Shown here piece by piece: positions 42,928 to 50,667 of a stretch of 62,419 nucleotides of DNA. A program made the translations under genes and the position numbers. This DNA comes from Gammaproteobacteria bacterium (GTDB lineage Bacteria; Pseudomonadota; Gammaproteobacteria; SZUA-140). The DNA is taken from positions 1 through 62,419 of the forward strand of contig JALSIC010000056.1 in NCBI GenBank assembly GCA_026981935.1, read 5' to 3'. Each line of letters begins with the position of its first letter. Position 1 is the stretch's first letter. The notes beneath the pieces were generated by a model. That model was not told the origin of the DNA. It worked only from the letters and a program-made list of their open reading frames with translations, and made no database searches.

Positions 42928-43067
42928 CCAATGTCATGCGGGGAGTCTAAGTCTGACTGTTTGCGCACGGAAAGCATCCGCTGAGCAGGGTTGAACCAGC
43001 GACCTGGCTTGGCATTCAGCTGCTTTCACTCAACAACTTACAACGTAGCAAAAAATAAGGGGGGAGT

Positions 43068-43358
43068 ATGGAAAACAAGCTCACTGTAGGTAAGATCTTC
43101 TGGGTTCTCCTGATACCCGCATTCACCGTCGGCATGGGCAACGGCAGTGTGTTTGGTGCGGCGGTGATGTGTGCTGTAGGTCGCGGGCCTTACGAGAGCT
43201 GGGGCGGCTGGGGTGCCGAAGGCTACGATCCCACCACTTTCAGTGGATTCATCAACTGGATGATGATTCTCTTTGGCGTGGCCTTTTCAATCATACTTGC
43301 GCTGGCCTTGAAGAAGCACGGCGAAATCGAAATGCAGCGTGATAACACAGGTTGGTGA
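43068..43358 (+). CDS. Small membrane protein preceding ccoN (96 aa)
   Basis: GGGGAG RBS; 2 TM segments, GMGNGSVFGAAVMC and GGWG. Confidence 0.8.
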   Translation: MENKLTVGKIFWVLLIPAFTVGMGNGSVFGAAVMCAVGRGPYESWGGWGAEGYDPTTFSGFINWMMILFGVAFSIILALALKKHGEIEMQRDNTGW

Positions 43359-43591
43359 ATGTTGCGCGCAAACAGGCAAACAGGCTTGAATATAGCTGAA
43401 CTGGTAACGAAATCTAGGGGAGGGTAAAAATTATGTTGGCAGCGTTTGCAGGAGCATGTGGCGTGATTCTCGCTTTTTCCAGCATGTGGTTTTCCTGGTA
43501 CTTGCTGAACAAGATGTCCGAGTGAGCGCATAGAGTGAAAGGGAATCATTCGACTATAACAAAATCGATTTAGTGTAGGAGGGCTGGAAGG

Positions 43592-45001
43592 ATGCTGTTA
43601 AAATACCTTTTTGCAAAGAACGAAGATATCCCGCCAGGGACAGCAACGATCTTCTTTGGGTATTCTTCGATTTTTTGGTTCGTTATCGGAACCGGTATCG
43701 GCTCATTTAACGCTGCAAAGCTCGCGTTTCCAGATTTTGTGACGGGAACCGAGCTTTTTGCGTTTGGGCACATGCGCCAGGTGCATGTGCTGGCAGTGAT
43801 TCTGGGCTGGATCTCCATGGCCTTTGCCATGACCATGATGTACATGACGCCTGCCCTGGGCAACACGAAACTGTGGTCGGAAAAGCTGGGCTTGTGGACG
43901 GCGATGAACTGGAACATCGGTCTGTCGCTGGGTCTGTTTCTCCTCTGGATGGGATTTACCTCCGGCCGCGAGTATTCTGACCTCATCTGGCCCATCGACC
44001 TGGTGGTGATCTTCGGTGTGCTGTTGCCTCTGGGTATCAATGTCTGGATGACAATTGCCCACCGAAGGACTCAGGGTATCTACATCACCAACTGGTTCTT
44101 TGGCGCCTGTATCTTCTTTGTTATCGTGGTCTTTGTCGTTGGCCAGTCCGCCGAGCTGTTCAACCTCACGGGGCTGACGGAGGGCTATCTCACCTTCTGG
44201 TTCGCTCACAACGTGTTGGGGTTGTGGATCACGCCGGTAGCGGCGGCCATCGCTTACTACACGATTCCGAAATTGACGGGTAACCCGCTGTACTCGCACC
44301 GGATCGGTCACCTCCACTTCTGGGCGATCATCGCCTTCTATTCCACACCGGCTTCGCATCACCTGCTTGCGGCTCCGCTGCCCGAGTGGTTGAAGTCCTT
44401 TGCCTCAGTGGAAGGCGTGCTGATCCTGATCCCGGCCGTTGCCTTCGTGGCCAACATCCTGCTGACCATGAAGGGCCGCTGGAGCATGTTCGTGGAGAAT
44501 GTGGAGATCAAGTTCTCGGTGACGGGCGTGCTGCTCGCCATTCCCCTGAACATGCAGGGTGGCTTCCAACAGACCCGCGCCATCAACTGGTATGTTCATG
44601 GCACGGGATGGATCGTGGCGCACGCGCACCTGGCCTTGCTGGGCATGTCCAGCTTCCTTGAGATTGCGGCAGTCTACTTCGGCCTGCAGCAGATGCTGCG
44701 CAGGAAGCTGTATTCGCTGGCCCTGGCCAATTTCCACTACTGGTTCGTGATCATCGGTTTCTGCATCTACTGGATCTCCATGACCATCGCCGGTCTGATC
44801 CAGGGCGCAGGGAAGATCTACGAAGTACCGTATATCGACGTGGTTATCGCCGAGCACCCGTACATGATCGCCCGCTGGGTGGGTGGCACCATGGTCTTTA
44901 CGGGTAACCTCGTCTGGCTCTACAACATGTACATGACGGCAGTCGAAGGCACCGTGGTGCCCAAGGGCCGCTATGCACATGAGCTGGCCTACGAGAGATA
45001 A
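43592..45001 (+). CDS. ccoN: C-family (cbb3-like, divergent/distal type) haem-copper oxidase subunit I
   Basis: All six His ligands: RQVH (II), WFAHN (VI), FYSTPASHH (VII; Tyr six residues before HH as in C-family), WIVAHAH (X); GREYSD Ca-loop. Confidence 0.9.
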   Translation: MLLKYLFAKNEDIPPGTATIFFGYSSIFWFVIGTGIGSFNAAKLAFPDFVTGTELFAFGHMRQVHVLAVILGWISMAFAMTMMYMTPALGNTKLWSEKLGLWTAMNWNIGLSLGLFLLWMGFTSGREYSDLIWPIDLVVIFGVLLPLGINVWMTIAHRRTQGIYITNWFFGACIFFVIVVFVVGQSAELFNLTGLTEGYLTFWFAHNVLGLWITPVAAAIAYYTIPKLTGNPLYSHRIGHLHFWAIIAFYSTPASHHLLAAPLPEWLKSFASVEGVLILIPAVAFVANILLTMKGRWSMFVENVEIKFSVTGVLLAIPLNMQGGFQQTRAINWYVHGTGWIVAHAHLALLGMSSFLEIAAVYFGLQQMLRRKLYSLALANFHYWFVIIGFCIYWISMTIAGLIQGAGKIYEVPYIDVVIAEHPYMIARWVGGTMVFTGNLVWLYNMYMTAVEGTVVPKGRYAHELAYER

Positions 45002-45064
45002 TCGCAACGATAAATTGCGAGTGGAAACAGGCAGGAGACATAAGTTATCCAGCCCTTTATAAAT

Positions 45065-45086
45065 CCCCCCGGCGCAAGCCGGGGGG
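45065..45086 (+). other. Strong intercistronic hairpin between ccoN and ccoO
   Basis: CCCCCCGGC-GCAA-GCCGGGGGG: 9-bp stem, GNRA loop, no U tract. Confidence 0.6.
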
Positions 45087-45116
45087 TGACTAAAAATAAC
45101 AGGGGAGGAATGAGAA

Positions 45117-46073
45117 GTGGCATTTCAACAATATAAGCTAGGAACAGCAGGGATCGGGGCAATGCTCGGGCTGTCTATGTCCATCACGCTGTTTTTCCCG
45201 AGCTGGGACTTCAGGTCTGCAGAATCGACCTGGGTGGGTCTGGACAAGTCCCTCTCCAATGGGCGCGTGATCGGATGGTCGTATGAGGATCCCCTGGTGC
45301 GTGGTGATGGTAAGCCGATTACGGTGATATTAAACAAGGATCCAAAAACCGGTGAAGAATTCGACCCAGCGATTCGCGCTTATGTTTATAAGCCAGGTAC
45401 TCCCTTTGCTGCGGTGGTGAATCACCCTGACAACCTGGGTCCGACGGTGAAGAGCCTCAGCATCAGCAAGGGTAAAATTGATCAGGCTGAGAAAAGCGCT
45501 GGTGCTGTGTTCATCATCAGCTATGCCGATGTGAACGGTGAGGAGTGGGCCTATGTTGAAAACGCAACTGCAACAAGAGGATGGACGCCGAGCCAAGTGC
45601 TGAACTCCACCGATGAAAGTCAGCATAAATATGTGGGTAAAGGAAAGACCGTTTATATCACTGAGGGTTGCTGGTGGTGTCACACCCTGCTGCCCGAGCA
45701 TACCCAGGACTGGCAGGTCTTCGGGTGGCCTCCCTACGTGGGTGACATGAACGGTGAGATGCCCACGGCATTTGGCTCTGACCGCAAGGCACCGGATTTG
45801 TTGCACGTAGCCTCTCGCAACTCGTCCCGTGAATGGATGATGCTGCACTTCTTCAACCCACGTTTGGTTCAGCCCAACTCCATCATGCCTCGTTTTGATT
45901 ATCTGTGGGGCAAGACAGACGCCAACGGCAATCCCATCGATTTTGCAAAATGGCGTAAGGAGTACGATGAATATCGTAAAGGGCTGCGAGCATATCCACC
46001 AGAGGTGCCTGAATATGCGCCTGACACCGAGATCAGGGCCTTGATCGATTGGATTTTGACCAGCTTAAAATAA
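45117..46073 (+). CDS. ccoO: cbb3 subunit II-like monohaem cytochrome with a large extra periplasmic insertion
   Basis: N-terminal TM; GKTVYITEGCWWCHT, GSDRKAPDL, HFFNPRLVQPNSIMPRF match the CcoO pattern; 318 aa. Confidence 0.85.
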   Translation: MAFQQYKLGTAGIGAMLGLSMSITLFFPSWDFRSAESTWVGLDKSLSNGRVIGWSYEDPLVRGDGKPITVILNKDPKTGEEFDPAIRAYVYKPGTPFAAVVNHPDNLGPTVKSLSISKGKIDQAEKSAGAVFIISYADVNGEEWAYVENATATRGWTPSQVLNSTDESQHKYVGKGKTVYITEGCWWCHTLLPEHTQDWQVFGWPPYVGDMNGEMPTAFGSDRKAPDLLHVASRNSSREWMMLHFFNPRLVQPNSIMPRFDYLWGKTDANGNPIDFAKWRKEYDEYRKGLRAYPPEVPEYAPDTEIRALIDWILTSLK

Positions 46074-46092
46074 TAAAGCGGAGGGCAGTATA

Positions 46093-46740
46093 ATGGGATG
46101 GAAATTTGACAATCCTCTTTATACCCTGGCGGATGAAGAGGAAGTGAACAGGATGATCCAGCTGTGGGAGGCCGAGAAGCCGGGTGGCATGTGGGAAGGC
46201 AACAACCGCCTGCCCTACCCCATCACCTACCTGCTGGCGCTGATCATTCTTACGGCCTTTTTGATCACCATGCCGATCTGGGGGCAGCGTCCCACGGCAG
46301 AGTTGTATGCACCTATGGTGGAGCTGATGGACTCGCCGGAGGTGCAAAACATGGCCACCGACGAGGAGAAGATCGCATACCTGACAAAGCGAGCCATGGA
46401 GGTGCTCGAGACGTCAGATGATTCCAGGCTGCCAGGGCTCTTGGAAAGGCATCCGATCTCATGGCTTGACCTGCAGCTGATTGCGCCTGCAATCCGCGAA
46501 ATCGCATCATCTGGTGGACCCTACGGCCTGGAAAGCTATAACGTGATCGGCGACCAGGTTGTGCTGGCCAACTTCGAAGGCAACTGGCGCGAAGACGGTC
46601 TGCGTGAGCGCGTTCAGCCATGGTGGGACAAGGGTTTCACCATTGATGTCTTCTATGTGACCTATTTTATTATTGCCATGGTCATTGTCTGCAAGCGCTT
46701 GCCGCCTTACCAGCGCAAGCCTGACATGTCCAAGGTCTGA
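46093..46740 (+). CDS. 2-TM protein with a CcoP/FixP-N-like N-terminus but no haem motif
   Basis: GGMWEGNNRLP + TM resembles the FixP N-terminal G-I-x-E-x-x-N-P-L-P; no CxxCH. Confidence 0.7.
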   Translation: MGWKFDNPLYTLADEEEVNRMIQLWEAEKPGGMWEGNNRLPYPITYLLALIILTAFLITMPIWGQRPTAELYAPMVELMDSPEVQNMATDEEKIAYLTKRAMEVLETSDDSRLPGLLERHPISWLDLQLIAPAIREIASSGGPYGLESYNVIGDQVVLANFEGNWREDGLRERVQPWWDKGFTIDVFYVTYFIIAMVIVCKRLPPYQRKPDMSKV

Positions 46741-46770
46741 GCTGGGTGTATATGAGAGGAGAGAATAATC

Positions 46771-46920
46771 ATGATTGATATCGATTTCGCACCCACTGTA
46801 TTTGCATTTATCATACTTGGCGTTTTGATCCTGCCGGCATGGTACGGCTTTGCGATGGTCGATAAATACTGGCAGAAGCATAAAGCCGAGGACTCAGATG
46901 ATGTGGATGCTTTCAACTGA
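46771..46920 (+). CDS. Unannotated 49-aa single-TM protein (CcoQ-like size and position)
   Basis: GAGGAG RBS; MIDIDFAPTVFAFIILGVLILPAWYGFAMVDKYWQKHKAEDSDDVDAFN; directly before a terminator. Confidence 0.7.
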   Translation: MIDIDFAPTVFAFIILGVLILPAWYGFAMVDKYWQKHKAEDSDDVDAFN

Positions 46921-46955
46921 GATCTAACGGTCTCGCAACAGGGGACCGTCTGTCG

Positions 46956-46995
46956 AAATGCCGCTGGCCAGTTTCTGGTCAGCGGCATTTTCTTT
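46956..46995 (+). terminator. Intrinsic terminator closing the ccoNO operon
   Basis: AAATGCCGCTGGCCAG-TTT-CTGGTCAGCGGCATTT then TCTTT. Confidence 0.8.
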
Positions 46996-47286
46996 GTGAC
47001 CACTATAGTTTCAGGTCTGAAAAGTTACCGTTAATGAAATCAATATGTTAACAGTTTATTGTGTGAGATACAGAAATGAAGGCCCAGGTTGATAATCCTG
47101 CAGGGATAGCTGCTTTACATTCAGAAGGTATGCGCATATAGTAAGCAGTACCCCATAACTTGTTGGTTTGCTGTCACTTCCGGGCAACACTGTCCTGAAT
47201 TTTCAGTATGAAAAAACGGTGGATCCATTTGGAAGCTCATCCGGGTCTTGCGATGTCTGACCGCACAGAATCATGGTAAGGGATAA

Positions 47287-47625
47287 ATGCTGGAACTGAT
47301 GCTTGACAGCATGATACAGCTGAGCAGTTTACTCGATCCAGGTCTGCTTTTTTCAGTTGCGGTGCAGACGGCACAAAATACAACCATCTGGGGTGTTGAT
47401 CTTAGCATCGAAAGCTTGAGATCCCGGAAGTACAGTATTGGGATATTTGTATTCCTTGTCATTTCCCTGATCATTTTTGCCTTTATCATTTACATGTACT
47501 GGCCACAGAAAGGCAAAGAAAGGCTGAAGCGGGGAGAGAAAATCATGCTGGGTGCCATCATCATGGGAATGGTGTTTGCGGTCCTGTTTGGATGGCTCCA
47601 GCTAATCGAGGGTTACCTTGTGTAG
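47287..47625 (+). CDS. Small membrane protein (2 TM); start uncertain
   Basis: Two strong helices separated by GKERLKRGEK; head of a tightly packed operon. Confidence 0.7.
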   Translation: MLELMLDSMIQLSSLLDPGLLFSVAVQTAQNTTIWGVDLSIESLRSRKYSIGIFVFLVISLIIFAFIIYMYWPQKGKERLKRGEKIMLGAIIMGMVFAVLFGWLQLIEGYLV

Positions 47626-47637
47626 GAGGCGGATCAG

Positions 47638-47928
47638 ATGAGACAGTTCATAGAATCACTGCCGGATGGCTGGACGATTTATGTCTGGATGATTGCGGCC
47701 GCCGGCATCCTGGTCGGCGCTGTATTCATGTTGCGCTGGGCAGCCAAGAACAAGCAGTTCGATGAAGATATCAAATATGTGGTATTCGATGAAAAGGACA
47801 AGGACAAGATGGAACCTGAGGAATATGAAAAGAGCCGGGAGGTCATTGCGCATCAGGAAGAACTGCGCAAGGAATACCTGAGGAAGAAAGCAGATCGCTA
47901 TGCACAGCAACGTCAGCACAAGCAATGA
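47638..47928 (+). CDS. ccoS: CcoS/FixS-like cbb3 maturation protein
   Basis: TM followed by WAAKNKQFDE, matching the FixS W-A-x-x-x-G-Q-F-D-D pattern; AGGAGG RBS. Confidence 0.7.
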   Translation: MRQFIESLPDGWTIYVWMIAAAGILVGAVFMLRWAAKNKQFDEDIKYVVFDEKDKDKMEPEEYEKSREVIAHQEELRKEYLRKKADRYAQQRQHKQ

Positions 47929-48434
47929 AAAAGGGTGAGAAATACACCTACATATTCATAGCCGTTCTCGTCATCGTAATGGCAACATACCGAGGCTATC
48001 ACGAGATAACAGATCCCGATCCAGGAATACCGTTCTATACGACGGCTGCACCGGAGCTGAAACGTGAAGCAGAGCTGATCTACAAGAAATATGAATGCTC
48101 CGATTGTCACGCCTTATGGATGGTGAGAAACATGATGCAGAATGTACCCGCGCCTGCCCTGGATGGCATCGGGTCTTTGAAGACCGAGGACTGGTTTTAC
48201 AAGTACTTGTCTGCTGAGAATCCCCAGTCCATATTGCCAACCCGTCTGAAGGATGAATACAAGATGCCATCCTACGCTCATATACCTGAAGAGGAGCGGC
48301 GTCTCCTGGCAGCGTATCTTGCCAGCCTGAAGGTCGAGGACTGGTTCCTGGAGGAAACCAGGCGGATGGAATACGAAAAACTCACTGGGAAAAAGTATCA
48401 AGCGTCAGTAGCAGGTAATGAACAGGCGCGTTAA
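47925..48434 (+). CDS. Membrane-anchored monohaem cytochrome c
   Basis: TM, CSDCH, PALDGIGS, KMPSY (Met ligand). Confidence 0.88.
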   Translation: MKKGEKYTYIFIAVLVIVMATYRGYHEITDPDPGIPFYTTAAPELKREAELIYKKYECSDCHALWMVRNMMQNVPAPALDGIGSLKTEDWFYKYLSAENPQSILPTRLKDEYKMPSYAHIPEEERRLLAAYLASLKVEDWFLEETRRMEYEKLTGKKYQASVAGNEQAR

Positions 48435-48909
48435 GCAACGTCTCATGGATGCTTTGGTCGCATTAATCGCGGTCAGCGCTGGTGCGATTGTAATTTATGT
48501 GGGCGATATGCTACTGGGTGTGAGGCTGGAGCTGTTTTACGGCCTTTCGACCTTTACCCCCCTTTGGGCCATAGACCTGTTCCTGGTACCGTTTATCGGT
48601 GGATTTGTTGTCTCTCTCATCTATGGCCTGGGCGGGAAGATCCTGGCACATTTTTCACCACTGATCGTGCGGCTGATCAGTTATTACCAGCTGCACATAG
48701 CCTCAGAGGTTCCGCCACAGGGCGCTGAACTGTTGCCCATGAGTTACTGGATCCTGGTGGTTATCGTGGCGGTTGAGTTTGCAGCTATTGGAGGTGTTGT
48801 CGGCGAGGTGGTAGTAAAAAAGACATATGGTCGTGAGGGAACACCACGCCAACAACGGCAAAAGCGGAGACACCGAAGATCAGGTGGGTCTGAAGTTCAG
48901 AAGATCTAA
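48418..48909 (+). CDS. Hypothetical 4-TM membrane protein
   Basis: Hydrophobic 163-aa ORF overlapping the upstream gene. Confidence 0.75.
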   Translation: MNRRVKQRLMDALVALIAVSAGAIVIYVGDMLLGVRLELFYGLSTFTPLWAIDLFLVPFIGGFVVSLIYGLGGKILAHFSPLIVRLISYYQLHIASEVPPQGAELLPMSYWILVVIVAVEFAAIGGVVGEVVVKKTYGREGTPRQQRQKRRHRRSGGSEVQKI

Positions 48910-48913
48910 AGTC

Positions 48914-49981
48914 ATGGAACTGAATTACGTCAAGCGCAAGATTGAAATCGACGGAGAGCAGGTCGAACAGAGAAAGCGTTTTCTTGGTGCCACGTTCGTT
49001 ACGGCTATTGTTCTGGCCTTGATTGGTGGCACGGTTCATGTGCTGACGCTGGGCTCCAACAGGATGCATGACATGCGCAGCAAGGTGTCCTATGACATTG
49101 AGGAGCTTGAGTCAAAGTTGAGGGCGGCAGGCGAGGAGCGCTTCAGGCAGACCGAGCACGAGTTCAAGGTTAATCAGGCGCGGAGCTATACGGTTGCCGA
49201 GGCCGAGGCCCTGCTGACGCCTGAACAGTGGGCCGAGCTGGAGACGATGATCGAGATTCCCGGTGGAACATTTCTCATGGGTACGAACTATCGTCGTGCG
49301 GACCCTCAGGACCAGCCCCAGCGGCTGATTGAAGTCGCTCCTTTCAAGATAGACAAATATGAGGTGACTAATGCCCAATACGCACGGTTCGTTGCCGCCA
49401 CTGGCCACCGCCCTCCCTTGCATTGGGAGAACGGGCGGATACCCGATGGGCTCGAGCTGCATCCTGTCACCATGGTCTCTTGGTTCGATGCGCTCAAATA
49501 TGCGCAGTGGGCAGGCAAGCGCCTGCCTTCTGAGGCGGAATGGGAGCGGGCCGCCCGGGGTACCGATGGCCGGCGCTGGCCGTGGGGGAACAGCATGGAT
49601 CCCAATCGCCTGAACACCTATTATCAAGTTGGATCAACGACTGTCGTCGGCTCCTATCCTGGTGGGGCAAGTCCCGAAGGGGTGTTGGACATGGCGGGTA
49701 ACGTGAGTGAATGGGTGGCAGATGATTTTCTGCCGTATCCTGGGTCCAGTGCGCCCCAGCACATGTTTCAGGCCAAGGTGCCGGTTTTGCCCGAGTCTGC
49801 CGCAGAGCGTTCACTGAAGGTCGTCGATTTTATCAACACCAAGGAGCGCTACAAGGTGATACGGGGAGGCTCGTGGAAGAGCGATCCTTTCTCTACCTCC
49901 GCTTATCACCGTAACTTTTCATGGCCGAATTTTGCCTCCAATTTCTTTGGATTCAGGTGTGCAAAGGATGTTGACTCTTAA
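48914..49981 (+). CDS. Membrane-anchored FGE-sulfatase (SUMF1/NirV-like) domain protein
   Basis: IPGGTFLMG, YEVTNAQY, HPVTMVSW, RLPSEAEWE, DMAGNVSEW, RGGSW, GFRC. Confidence 0.9.
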   Translation: MELNYVKRKIEIDGEQVEQRKRFLGATFVTAIVLALIGGTVHVLTLGSNRMHDMRSKVSYDIEELESKLRAAGEERFRQTEHEFKVNQARSYTVAEAEALLTPEQWAELETMIEIPGGTFLMGTNYRRADPQDQPQRLIEVAPFKIDKYEVTNAQYARFVAATGHRPPLHWENGRIPDGLELHPVTMVSWFDALKYAQWAGKRLPSEAEWERAARGTDGRRWPWGNSMDPNRLNTYYQVGSTTVVGSYPGGASPEGVLDMAGNVSEWVADDFLPYPGSSAPQHMFQAKVPVLPESAAERSLKVVDFINTKERYKVIRGGSWKSDPFSTSAYHRNFSWPNFASNFFGFRCAKDVDS

Positions 49982-50225
49982 ATGGATTGCCAGGCGCGCA
50001 GCCTGGATTGCAGGCCTCTTTGGCATGGGAGTTTCCAGTGCCCATGCCGTGGACAGCTACCGCTGGCTGCACGTGACCATTGATACCCCGTGGGCGATCT
50101 TTCTCTTTCTTCTCCCCATGGTACTGGTGCCCGTGGTGCTGATGGCCATCCTCTACTGGCGTTTTGCCATTCAAAAACCAGCGAAAAAGGGCAGCCAGCC
50201 CGAGGGTGAGGAACCACAAGAATAA
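49968..50225 (+). CDS. Small membrane protein with signal peptide + one TM
   Basis: SAHA-VDSYRWLHVTIDTPW followed by a hydrophobic helix; overlaps the upstream gene. Confidence 0.7.
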   Translation: MLTLKWIARRAAWIAGLFGMGVSSAHAVDSYRWLHVTIDTPWAIFLFLLPMVLVPVVLMAILYWRFAIQKPAKKGSQPEGEEPQE

Positions 50226-50259
50226 TCTCCGCCAGTTGTAAAGGAGGAAACAGGCAATC

Positions 50260-50652
50260 ATGGTGGCAGGGTTTGCGAGACAGGCAGGGAGAGCGATTTT
50301 CGCCGGGCTGGGTTTTGTTCTCATCGCGGGTACCGTCATGCTTATAGATAGGGTGCCTGCCTATGCCGCGGCAGCCCAGGGGGATCAGAGCCTGGAAGTC
50401 ATGAAGGGATTCACGGAGCAGGAGAAGGTCGAAAGCGACATCGTCAAGATATCGACCAAGAGAAAACACCAGATCATGTTTTTCATGGGCTTCGTGTTGC
50501 TCATCGGCATTATTGCAACCGCGGGGCTGGGTGTGGCCATGGTGCTGTTTGGCAAGGAAGTTTTTGTCGCACATATGGTTTGTGCCATTTTCAGTGTTTT
50601 CTTGTCGATCGCCCATGCGGTGGTCGCCATCGTCTGGTTTTTCCCTTTCTGA
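50260..50652 (+). CDS. Small membrane protein with His residues in TM helices
   Basis: GGAGG RBS; KHQIMF, FVAHMVC, SIAHAVV suggest possible haem b binding. Confidence 0.75.
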   Translation: MVAGFARQAGRAIFAGLGFVLIAGTVMLIDRVPAYAAAAQGDQSLEVMKGFTEQEKVESDIVKISTKRKHQIMFFMGFVLLIGIIATAGLGVAMVLFGKEVFVAHMVCAIFSVFLSIAHAVVAIVWFFPF

Positions 50653-50667
50653 ACTTAATCGATTCCC

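Noticed and set aside
42600-43060. FNR/Anr box upstream of the oxidase operon
   Set aside because: Only TTGAT half-sites were seen; no convincing TTGAT-N4-ATCAA here or at 35.9-36.3 kb
43592-45001. Nitric oxide reductase (NorB)
   Set aside because: It has the C-family helix-VII Tyr, lacks the HLWVEG Glu motif of NORs, and its partner is CcoO-like
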